Assembly (NCBI GenBank): GCA_013265495.1
Contig: MU058540.1
Location: forward strand, 519,696-583,695
DNA length: 64,000 bases
Direction of reading: 5' to 3'
Origin: Vicugna vicugna
Lineage: Eukaryota
Shown here: one piece after another, positions 32,891 to 43,864 of the stretch
How positions within the stretch are numbered: position 1 is the first letter of the stretch
Layout: each line of letters begins with the position of its first letter
Program-made: the position numbers and the translations under genes
The notes under the pieces: model-generated
Database searches by the model: none
Told to the model about the DNA's origin: nothing
The model's input: only the letters and a program-made list of their open reading frames with translations

Positions 32891-35800
32891 AAGACAGAGA
32901 TGTCAAGATGAGTCCTCAGTGACTTTACAGTTGGGTCTGAGAGGTAAAATCAACAGCCAATAAGTACAGGTAACAAACTTAGCAGTCACAACCTGCCTCT
33001 GTAAAGCACCCCCGGTGCCAGGGACTGGTTGTAAGGCATGATGTCTGTTAACTGGTTGATCCTTGATCCTCTATGGTTGGTGCTTCATTACTCCCATTTG
33101 ACAAATAAGGAAACTGAGGTTTAGGGAAGTCATTTGTTCAAGGTCAAGAGCTTGGAAGTGGCAGGTCGGCCTGGAAAGCCTAGGCTCCGAATAGTGGTGG
33201 CCTCGTGGAGAGCAGAGGTCCTTGGCACAAAGGGGGGAATTTGACCTGAGCCTTGAAGGATGAATAGACATTGGGAAAATGGAGAGTCAGAGAAAAGGCC
33301 TTGGGCTTTGGTTTCCTTTTCTGTCAAGTGGTTGTAATAACTGTAGCCTCTCTTGGGGCCATTTGAAGATTAACTGAGCTAACAGAGACATAAATGGACC
33401 GTAGTAAATGTTCAGTAAATGCTAACCCTTACTGGCTATGAATGGGACAGTGTGCACTGCAGGTGTGGTCCTGGTTGTAGGTCTGAACAGGTTCTGGAGG
33501 CAAACTTCCAGCTCCCACTCCCAGCACTCAGGCCCTGAGGGGAGGAAGCTGAAGAAGCCCAAGGAAACTAATTAGTCTGGAACCCCTGAATTTGGATTTC
33601 CACTCAGGCAGCCTGGCATATTGCTCTTTTAAAGAACTCCACCACCTCTGGTGCCTAATCCCCAGATCTCCCATCCTGGACAGTCCTGGAAGTCCTCCCT
33701 GCTGTCCAACCTCTTTTTTTTCCTGCTGTGCATTTTGTCTGTCCGGACAAAGGGGGAGCTAATGAATCATGGTGGTTAGCACGGGAATCTGCGGGAATCA
33801 GGGCAGGTGCAGCATGTTTGTTGCCCACAGACTGTTTACTAAGGCCCACCTGGCCCAGGATGGAGGGAGACCAACCCTGCTCCACTGGCAAGTGGAGTCA
33901 GAGGAAAGCTCTAGGTGGCAGCTGGAGGTGAAGGCTGGAGGCACAGGCCTTGGTGGGGTGTCCCTGTCCCAACTGTCGGGCTCCTCCCAGCCACCGCTGA
34001 GGAGGCATTTGGGGCAGGGTCTCTTAGGGCAAAGGAACAGCCCTCCGCCAGGCATAACTCATGAGTGAACAAAGATACCCCTCCCAGATTCCCTGTCTGT
34101 GACCCTTCTACAGAGTAAAGATTAAACTACAGGTTGGCAGGCCTGAGTTTGAGTCCTACCTCTGTCACTTACTAGCTGTATGACATTGAGCAGGTCCTTT
34201 CACTTCCCTGAGCTTTCTTTTTCTGAAACATGGAGATGACTTACTAGCTGTACAACCTTCCCCAACCTGTTAGATAACTGAATTTCTGCTCCCTATCCAT
34301 TAGCTGCTTAACTGCTGTCAAACCTCAGCTCTGTGAGCCTCCATTTCCTCATCTGTGAAATGGGGACGGGGCTGAAGGCCGATTAAGGGCACTAATGCAC
34401 CCATAGCACCACCTAGGGGTGGGCATCAGGGTTGGCAGTGGTTGGTCATTATTGTTTCCCTTTCTGGCTCCTGCTCCAAATGTCTTATTTTGGGGGCCTT
34501 CCTCTCTGCTCCTCTAGCCAATCCTGGATAAATACTGATGGTTGGCTGATATGCTGGGGGCCACTCCTGGAAGTGGCTACATTTAGAATGATGGTAATGC
34601 CAACCAAAGGAGAGGGCTCCTGAGGTTCAGCTTGGCCCAACCCATTGTCAAAGGTCTGCTGGAGGGCAGGGGCTAGGCAGGAGAACTGGGCCACGGTGAC
34701 CAGGGCTCTTAGGCCCTCGGGGAGCCCTTGCCCTCCTGCCCTACATGAGGTCTAGCACACAGCACAGATTCAGTCAATATTTGTGAGGTGACCAGATGCA
34801 ACCCTCCTCACAGAACACTTGCCTCAAAGGTCCTAGGCGGGATTTGTTCATGGCAGACCGGGAGAGCCCCTTCCAGAGAGAAGCCTGCCCAGCTCTGACA
34901 GTCCAGGCCTGGAGGATTTCTGCAGTATCTGGGCCGCAGGAAGGCAATACCGGGGCTGCCTTAGAAGGTTCCCGTGTCTGGGTGGGAGTGGAGGCTGCGC
35001 TTTTCTGGGTCTCAGTAAGGCTCCTGTCTTCCTGCTGGCCCCAGGAGCTCAGTGGGGGTGTGGAAGGAAGAGGCTGGTTTCTCAGCCTTGGAATCCCTCA
35101 CGCCTCACTCCCCTCCATCTGGCCAGCAGCCTCCCCCGCTGTCCCAGGACAAGGGCCCCAGTGTCTGCTCAGCTCCTGGGCAAACAGCAGGCCTTTCTCT
35201 CCCTCTCCCCCTGGAGAAGAGTGCCTTGGCCGTGACCCACCCTGCCCCCTTGGAAGGGCACAGCACACCCCTCAATGCACGACCTCTTCCTTCTGAATGA
35301 TCCAGAAACAAAGGCTGGCAAACCCGGTGTAGGAGCAAGTCCTGTTTGGTGGCTGAACCCCTATATTTCAGCCCTTCCGAGCTGCAGCTGGGCAGCCCCG
35401 GCAAGGGCCAACTCACAGGGCCTCAGTCCTGCCAAGGTGGGTGTGGGGCACGGCTGGAGGCCAGGACCCAGCCCAGGTGGACTTGATGTCATCCTGTTCA
35501 TCTCCTGCCAGACAAAGGCTGCTCCTGCCTGGCCCTGGCCCCGGGGAGGCTTTTCATGCTGGTCTCCTTTCTCAACAGGATCACCAGGTTGATGTACCCC
35601 TCCTCTGAACCACCCCTCCCTTGTTGGCAGGTGAGGGGTAGAGGCCTGGGCACACACTCACAGAAGTCTGTGCAGCTTCCCCTGAGAGTGCAGGGCCCCC
35701 TTCCTGAGGCTGGAAAGAGAATTGACAGAGGCCTCCCTCTTCTCTGGGGCTCCTGCCAAAGTCTTGACCTGGGCTTCAGGGTGGGGGTAACCACATAGGG

Positions 35801-36169
35801 TGAATGAGAACTGTAATCAGACAGCCTCCACTGTAACCTCCATCACTCCTCAACTCTGACTCCAAACTCAGGGGAGCAGTAAGGATGGGGAGGCAGGTAC
35901 AGCCCAGCCCAGCCCCCGTACTTCCTCCTTCTGGCCAGTGGGTTACTCAAATTGGGAAGGGGACTTGGAGGTCTGCTTTTTGGAAATCTCCATAAAATCT
36001 TCTGCCTCATCAATGTCCCCCACCTTGGTCATCCAATAAAATAAGATTCCACTATTAGATTTTCATTTCTTTAGATCTATAAGCACGTCTCTTTATTGAG
36101 AACTCTGAGGACTCTGCAAACAAAGACACTTATAGAGGAATAAATGTTTTACCAAGTAGTTACTTAAGT

Positions 36170-36540
36170 TAGATATTCTCCATTCACCCCTCCAGATCCA
36201 TTGTCCACTCTTCTGTGCTTGTCCTGTGTCCTGGAAAGCTGACCTCTATGGCCTGAATTACCCAGTCTCCCTTGTCCTCTGAGCTGATGGAAGGCACTGG
36301 TAAGAGACTGGAGGGCACAGGAGAGAGAGTTTCATTGTTTGTTCCATTGGTCCGTTGGCTCCTTTTCAGGCCTTGGCTGGTAACAGCTCTCTGCTATTCC
36401 TAACTCCAGGGTGCTGCACCATCCCTTGCTGGGGCCCTTAGCCCTGCCCACACCTCTGCAAGTCGATCCATTCATTAACCTCTCTTTAATCACCTGCTGG
36501 CATTCTGTTGCCAGTTTCCTGCTGGGATCTCACTAACATA
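36170..36540 (+). mobile_element. LTR33-like ERVL LTR
   Basis: cctccagatccat...gctgacctctatgg...ccctgcccacacctctgcaa...cattcattaa...tttcctgctgggatc; family from recall. Confidence 0.5.
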
Positions 36541-37115
36541 GCTCTCTGTTCTTGTTTTACACACAAGAACACTGAGGTCCAGAGAGGCGGGGCAGCTTTG
36601 CTGTACAGCTGGCCAGCATTTGCAGCCAGGGCTCAGTGGTCTTGCTCCAGGTCTTCTGCTTTTCAGTATTTGCGAAGGTGCCTGGGGAGGGGTCACACAT
36701 TACCTGCCAGCCAACATCTCAGGACAGAGGAGGAGGAAGGACTTGGGTGGGGGGGAGTCCTTGGTTTCAGGATTCCAGAACCAGGGAGCTTCTCTCTCAA
36801 GAGACGAAAATGAGCAGTGGGAGGGGGGGTCACTTTTTCTTCTGTGACCAGTGGGAATGGCAGCAGCAGATTCTTTGATCTCTTTCTTCACCAGGCTAGG
36901 ACCACGTGTTTGGGTTAGCTGGCTGCATTCCCACCGTCCGTTTCCTCTCCAGTCCCTTGCATGTGGTGTGTGGTCAGCAAATGTCTGAAATAAATAGATA
37001 TGGCATTGATGACTGGGAGGTGGGGGTGGGGGACGACAAACAGAACAAGTTCTGTCTTCTTTCAGGCTCTCTGGGAGGCTGAATATGTGAGTGTGTGGAT
37101 GAGAGGGTATGAGGG

Positions 37116-37118
<3 letters not shown>

Positions 37119-37149
<31 letters not shown>

Positions 37150-37158
37150 GTGTGTGTG
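37119..37158. repeat. (GT)n microsatellite
   Basis: Directly visible, with one interruption. Confidence 0.95.
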
Positions 37159-38559
37159 GGCTCGTGGGGAGGGCAGCCCTGGCTGGGGCTCAGTGGTTCC
37201 TGTGGGCTGGGGTGCCTGCCCAGGGCAGCTTATGGCATGGGGAAGGAATTCTCTGGGAACCCCAGCGGGCGGTGGGTGGGGTGCCCTGGTGACCGGGCAG
37301 GGTAGCTGCTGTACTGAGTCAGCCCTTCTGGCCCGACTCCGCCCCTCCCCTTCTGGCCTGGCTGCCTGTCAGGAGTGAGGGGCAGAGGAAGCCCTTGAGG
37401 GCTCCCTGTTATCTGCCCCAAACCAGGAGATGGCACAGCTCACGTGGGGGAGATGTTCCTACTCTTCCCAGTCCCAGTCAGAGCTTCAAGAACAGTCAGA
37501 GCCAAGGGTAAATCTGGAAAGGTGATGTGAACTCTGTTTACAAAAAGGAACCTGAGATCTAGAGAGGTCTGTACCCTCTGCAGTCACACAGCAGAGCTGG
37601 GGATAAGTCTCTAGAAGGCAGTCATGGTTGGGGGTAGGCAGGGGAACATACTGGTGAAGGGGGCCTGGGACTGAGAGCTGGTAGCCCCTCCCTGTGCTCC
37701 AGTTGTCTTATCGTCCACACTCCTCAGAACACACGCTGTGTTCCCTCTGAGTCTAGGGAGGGAGTCTGAGCACCACCACCCTGCGTCCTCCACTCTCAGG
37801 CCTGGATTGGACAAGTAGAGGTGGGTTTTCTGGAGGAATTCCTGCTGGTGCATGGAGTTTGGGGGTGAACATCTTTAATTTTGGTTATATGTTAAACATC
37901 CACATAGTCCAAAATTCAAAAGTTAAAAAAGAGACATGGTAAAAAGTAATTTCCTCCAATCCAGTCCCTGCCCCTCAGTTCTCAGTTCCCCTCCTAGAGA
38001 CCCCTGCAGTCACTGGCTCCCTGTAAATCCTGAGTTCGGGGTTTCTGACCAGAGTGTCCCATCCCCTTTGTTTTCCCTCTAGGAGAGGCTCCCTTGGGAG
38101 GTAGGTGCTGGGGATACCCAGCCATTGAGGTTGGGGCCTGAACCAGGTAAACCAGTTGCCATGGGGATAGTGATAGCCTCCTTCCTGGGCCTGAACTTGG
38201 CTTTAGCTTAAAAGCATCCCACTCAAGCCACTCAGGAGGGCTGGGGCCCTTGAGTTCTCCTTTCCAAATGCTTAGAGCATCCTTGGAAGCTCCCACCTCC
38301 CACCTGGGGATGCAGGTACCTGGTACCATGAGTGGGGCTCCCACAGTCTCCCTTTATCTCCTGCTATAATTGATATACTTTCTCCATCCCCTTTCTCTTT
38401 GACATTTCAGTTCTGTTCAAATGTGTTGAGCATTTACTATGTATCAGGCCTGGTCTGGAAATACAAAGTGAAGTAGACACAGCTTCCTCCATCCAGGAAC
38501 GTATGGTCTAGTGGGGGAGGCCAAAAAAGAGAGAGATCTTTACAATTCAAGATGCCTGT

Positions 38560-39308
38560 GGTATATTCTCTGATAGTGGGGGAACAAAGAAACCCCATGC
38601 TGGAAAGTCTGACAGTACCAAGCGTTGGTGAGGGCATGGCTCAGGGGCACAGTTCTAGTGGCTGGTGAGAGGGTGAGTTAGAACGGCCACTTTGGAGCAC
38701 AATTCTTCAATTCCTAGGAAGTTGGCAATGCACCTTGCCTGTGATCTAGCAATTCTGCTTCCTAAGTTCTCACTCTAGAGTAGAGTTTTTCAAACTTTTG
38801 GACAGATATCCTCAAAAAGCACACACTGTGATCCAGAATACACACACCTCATACTCACGACAGACACAGCTTTCAGCCTAATAGTGACCCTGATGCCATG
38901 TGATGCACATTCTTTTCTAATCAGAGTTGAGTTTTAAAAATGGTGATCTTTATCCACTAAATTGATTTCATGACCTATGAATATGTCCCAGTCCATAGTT
39001 TGAACAGGGCTTTCCCTGGAGACACCCATGTGTTTGCACAAGGAGACAAGAATGTTCACTGCAACATTGTTGTAATAGCCAAAACCTAGATAGAGCTTTC
39101 ATGGTCACAGACAAAACAGATAAGCAAATTGTGATGTGGTCAGGAAGTGGACTATCATGCCTTTGCTCCATGTATTAGAGGATGCATGCAGGGTGATACC
39201 ACTTATATAAAAGGTAAAAGCCTGCAGAGTGATAGCATACATTGTTTATGGATACATCCATATGTCATACAAACATAAAAACTATAGGAAACAATACCCA
39301 CCCAAATC
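38560..39308 (+). mobile_element. Degenerate L1M fragment interrupted by a Charlie4-like hAT element (~38780-39005)
   Basis: ggccactttggag...ctagcaattctgcttcctaag...caagaatgttcactgcaacattgttgtaatagccaaaa are L1 ORF2-end motifs. Confidence 0.6.
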
Positions 39309-40529
39309 AAAAAATTAAATAAATAAACCTAATTACCTCCCCCCAAAATTAAAAAAAAACTTTTTCTGTATTTTTCTTTATTCCCTTTTAACGAGGACCA
39401 CTGTACAGTTGAAATAACCAAAACAAAATGGGTTTTTTTGTGTGTGTGTTTGTGACAATTCTGTTTTTAATAATATTTGGAACAAGTGGGCCGTTAGCTA
39501 GATTTCTCTTTCTGTTCTATAACAAAGTTTGACTAATTTTAGGCATTTATAAATCTGCTTTCATTCGTTTCACTGAATTATAATTGTACCTATTTTCTGA
39601 TATCTGTCTCATATGTATTTCCATTTCTTGCAAAAAGCAGAGATGGAAATATGCTATTAAAATTGTTTTTAATTGTGAAAAAAGAAAAGGCTAACAGTTG
39701 AGTTGATTTTGCAGAGGAAGGTGACCAGGGGCCCAGAGCCCCTGGGTGGCTCCTCTGGGAACACAGCATGGATATCATTGACCAGAAGAATACTCAGAAG
39801 CAGTGCGAGTGGTAGGAGGCTGCCAGTGGCATCCCTACCTGGACTTCTTAGTTGGATGAGTTGTGCTCCTCGCCCCTGAGTCCTCCTGGATGGTAGAGGG
39901 ACAAGAGAGAGGCTCAGGGCTCTCCCAGCCTGGATGTGGACGGATAACAAGCAACGTGTGCTTTGGGTAAGGTAGGCCAGACTTCCAGTTCCTGGCTTTA
40001 AGACCTTGGCTGAGTTAGGGAACCATCTATCTGTTTGATCTCAGGAGGGGAAGGACATGGACCCCTGGATGTGGCTGCAGCAAGGAAGGCACAAGTCCAG
40101 AGTTCAGCCACTAAAGGGGGTGTTTCCAGCACCTTCCTATTCATCATCTCTGTCTGGAGAAGGGGAAAAGGCAATTGGGCTGAGGCTAGTGGCTGGATGA
40201 GAGCCTGGTTCCCAGCAGAGGCCCAGCACATAGTAGGATTTTGATGAGTGCTTATGAAACGAATGCATAAATTTATCTTCTGTTTGCAGGAAATGCAGTG
40301 GAGGCCTGACTTCTGGGAGCAAGTGAAGCCATTCCAGAGTCTGGCTCCAGGGATGGACAGCTGAGGCTCTAGTGCCCTGTGAGGCAGTGGAGAGAGTACT
40401 GAGCTGGCAGTCAGGGCTAGGGGTTAGGGGCTGGGATTCTGGTTCCAGTTGCCATGAACTGGCTGCATGACCTTGAGGTTTGGTTCTCCTCCTCTGGGCT
40501 TCGGTCATCTCTTTTTGGCAGAGTGGCCT

Positions 40530-40800
40530 GGGTGAGATTTTTCAAACTACAATTTGCAAGCCATTTCATACATTTAACAGAGCAATTTAGTGATTCACAG
40601 TATTAAAAAACAAAGCAGAACAAAACACAAATAGAACAGAAACTATGGGAGTGCAATCACAGGTCATAAGGTTAAGTATTGTTTTGTGAAACTATTGTTT
40701 TCTTCTGTATAGATGAAGGTGCAGATTGGTTTGATGTAAAATTTATTTGTTACTGTGAACTTTATTTGGTCCTGGTGAAAAGTCTGTAAAATACTGAACT
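40530..40800. mobile_element. Charlie4-like hAT DNA transposon remnant
   Basis: ttttcaaact...atagaacagaaact...gagtgcaatcac...aaggttaagtattgttttgtgaaact...gatgtaaaatttatttgttactgtg. Confidence 0.55.
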
Positions 40801-41099
40801 CAGCAATCCTGAAGGTGGCCTTCCCGCCCACATTCTAGGGGTCTCGGTGAAAAAGCCACACTGTCTCTTTGCACTTAGCTTACTCACCTCACCCCAAGTC
40901 TTTCTTCTTCCTGCTTCAGTTCTCAGTCCCCTCCTCCCTTTCTCCCAGGGACAAGCCTCCCCCTTCCCAGGAAGTCCGGGTTGGGGTGGGGGTTCGGAAG
41001 GGAGTAAACGTGATCGAATGGGGGTGGGGGGGCACTCCATCCCAGAAGCTAAAATAAAAGAACTAGGAAGCAAACACTCAAGCACCCGGGAACAGAATA

Positions 41100-42700
41100 G
41101 AAAGTAGGCGAGCTGGGGACGTGCGTTTGAGGGCAGGACTTCGTGAGCAAGAGCTTGGCGGCGACACTGCAGCGGGTCACTCCCAGAGGACCGGCACCGG
41201 ACTTGGCATTGTTGGCGCTCGGTTGCTCTATTAATTAGCTTAGGTAGCTTTCACTCCCGCCCACCTCCCTCCTTACGAAAAAAAAAAAAAAGAAGAAGAA
41301 GAAGAAGAAGGAGCCAAGAGTTTTGGAGCCAACTCCTGGAGAGGGAGCGGCTGAACTGATTCGGAAGCTGGATCTCTTTGTACACAGGAATGCGGAGAGA
41401 AAAAAACAAAACCCACCCCATTGCTTCATTTCCCCTCCAAGCGCGAGCACTTTCTATTGTGCAATGGAAAGGCTTCTCACGTTGAGAAAAATGAATCCTA
41501 ATTTGCGCTGCAAAGGAATGAGCGCGTCTCTCGGGGCAAGACGGCTCTCAGCTGGGCGCGGAGGGCGACCGCGACCGGGACGCGTATTTTGCGCGCCGCT
41601 CAAGGTAGCACCCGCTGGGGAGCTGGACTCCCCCTTTTCGCGGGCGCCAGCACTGGCTCTCAGCGACCCGTGGGTAGTGGAGTAGACGGTTCGGGGAACC
41701 TCGAGGGCGGAGAGCCCCCACTACCGCTGGGCCTCCCGGGGATGGCAGTTAGGCGAGTCTGGCTGGGGACTCGCTGGAGCTGGAAATCTGTCCTGGGAGC
41801 TCGCTGGAGCCCCAGGATCCCTTGGAATCGCGCGGGGCAGCCGTCCGGCCCATCGTTCGGGAGGCTGGGCTCCGGACACGCGAGGGGCGCGCCGGCGCAC
41901 GTGGGTGCCCGCGGGCGGGCCGCGGGGAGGGGGGACGGGGTGTGGCTTCCCCGCCTCCCGGGCGGGATTTGCATGTGTGTGTGGCGGCCCCAGACTTCCT
42001 GCTCTTCTACGCCGCAGGTACGCGCGGGCCGGGCCGGGCCGGGCCGGGCCGGGAGGGCGGGCGGCGGGTGCGCCAAGACGCGGGCACCTCCTTACCCGGA
42101 CGCCACCACCGGCTCCCGGGCCGCGCCGCGCCGCCTTCCGCCCCGGGGGCTGCTAACCGGCCTCGGCCGCGTCGAGCGCCGGGCTCAGAGGTGGGGGTGC
42201 GCCCCTCTCGGCCTCCCGGGTCATCTCCGCCCTCCGCACCGAGCCTGGACGCACGCCCCTAGGCGCCCCCACCGCCCCGGCTCTCCGGAGGGCCGTAGCC
42301 ATGAGCGAGATGTCCAGCTTCCTCCACATCGGGGACATCGTCTCCCTGTACGCCGAGGGCTCCGTCAATGGCTTCATCAGCACTTTGGGGTGAGTGAGCG
42401 GAGTTCTAGGCAGGAGCGGGCGGGAATGGGGCGCCGTGAGCCCTGATGGCAGTTGCGGGCGTCCTGCCGCCGCCAGCCGACAGAGGATCTGAACGTCCCT
42501 AGCTTTAAAGAGCGGGGGAGCGGCTCGCCTCCTTCTTTCAGAGAAAGGAAGTGAAATGTTTGCCCAGGTAGGAGTTGGGCGCCTTGCCTCCCGTCGGAAG
42601 CCTCCACCCTCGCGCGCTCGCCTTTCTTCAGAAGGGGCGGGGAGGCCGAGACTTCCTCTGCAGGTGGTCCTTGGGCGGGGGCAGTTGGGTGACTGGGGCT
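41100..42700 (+). promoter_or_regulatory. ITPR3: ITPR3 CpG-island promoter and 5' UTR
   Basis: Very high CpG/GC content around the ITPR3 start; E-box CACGTG 41898-41903; octamer ATTTGCAT 41967-41974; (GGGCC)5 42026-42050. Confidence 0.9.
42301..42389 (+). CDS. ITPR3: Inositol 1,4,5-trisphosphate receptor type 3, coding exon 1
   Basis: gcc[33 protein letters not shown]; donor GG|gtgagt; 89 nt. Confidence 0.98.
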
Positions 42701-43444
42701 TAGTTGGGGAAAGGCATCCGGGCCTGGACTTGACCGGCTCTGGGGATGGCTGATGGGTGGGTAGGCTCAGCCGGGAGCTGGAGTCCTCTAGTTACAGACC
42801 TGTCGCTCCTTTGAAGGGTCTCACCTTTTCCTCTTAGCTCTCTCCTGCCCCGCCCCCGTCACTAGGAGTGTCTTCTCAGCCCTCCCCTTCCAGGCGTCCC
42901 AGGTCCTGGCCAGCTGCCCCCTTCTCCCCGCCTCTCCCTGTCAATTTCCTGCGCAGCTCATCTGGCGCCCCTTGGTCCCTGGTCCCAGGATCTCTGGAGC
43001 ACTTTACAAACATTAATTAATTCTGACTGCCACCTCCCAGGGTCTGGATAAGCAGAGAATCAATTCAGGTCCCTGGAGAGAACCAGGCCTGAAGCTGGTA
43101 TAGAGCAGGGAAAGAATTAGGCTGAGAGAATGGGTTTATCTTTGGGGGAACCGTTGAGTGAGTTGCTGGGGGTGGAGGTTAGAGTCGTTTCTCCATCTCC
43201 AGCCCAGCTTCAGGGCAGGGCCTGCTACCTTTGTCACAGTTTCAGTCTGAGGACTAGTGTTAAGTTGTCTCATCTTCCCCACCACCCTCAGCTGTTTTTT
43301 TAGGATAAACCTACCCTTTTCTGCTGACCCTACTTATCTGGACTCCAGCCAGCTAACAAGGTGCCTCCTGTCCCGGGGCTTTGGGGGACAGCCTTAGCAC
43401 CCTCAGCCCAGGGCTGGCTCACCCTGAGCTTGGGAGGTGGGAGT

Positions 43445-43516
43445 CACCTGGCTTCCCTTGGTGTCTTTTTGGGAGTTTAGCACCTGGCTTCCCTTGGTGT
43501 CTTTTTGGGAGTTTAG
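43445..43516. repeat. Perfect 36-bp tandem duplication
   Basis: cacctggcttcccttggtgtctttttgggagtttag x2. Confidence 0.95.
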
Positions 43517-43730
43517 CTTTAGTCCTATAGGAAAGGGAATCCAATCGGATTGCCAGAGTTGGAGAGCTGGCTCAGCCTTCGGGGGACTCAGACTGGGAAT
43601 TCCAGCATACCTTGCTCTCCTTATCTCATCACCCTCCAGGCCTCCTCGTTCCCCTCCCCATTCACAGATGGAATGCCTGCCCTTGTCCTCTTCCCACTGG
43701 GTCCTCTTCCCACTGGGTCTGACTTCTCTC

Positions 43731-43864
43731 TTTTTTTTTTTTAAATTTTTTTGATGGGGAGATAATCAGGTTTATTTATATTTTTAATGGAAGTACTGGG
43801 GATTGAACTCAGGACCACACGCATGCTGGGCATGCACTCTACCACTGAGCTATACCCTCCCCCC
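43731..43864 (-). mobile_element. tRNA-derived SINE (Vic-1 type)
   Basis: Reverse complement of the same SINE head (ctctaccactgagctataccctccccc); poly(T); imperfect TSD tgg(g/a)tctg(a/g)cttctct. Confidence 0.9.

Noticed and set aside
13480..34420. Many short MIR-like fragments (for example ~13500, 14800, 16290, 18200, 20250, 21400, 33100, 34150)
   Set aside because: Probably real but ordinary, and boundaries cannot be given reliably by eye.
41589..42446. 285-aa plus-strand ORF over the ITPR3 promoter
   Set aside because: Low-complexity G/R/A/P product of a GC-rich island; non-ATG start; overlaps the real ITPR3 exon out of frame.
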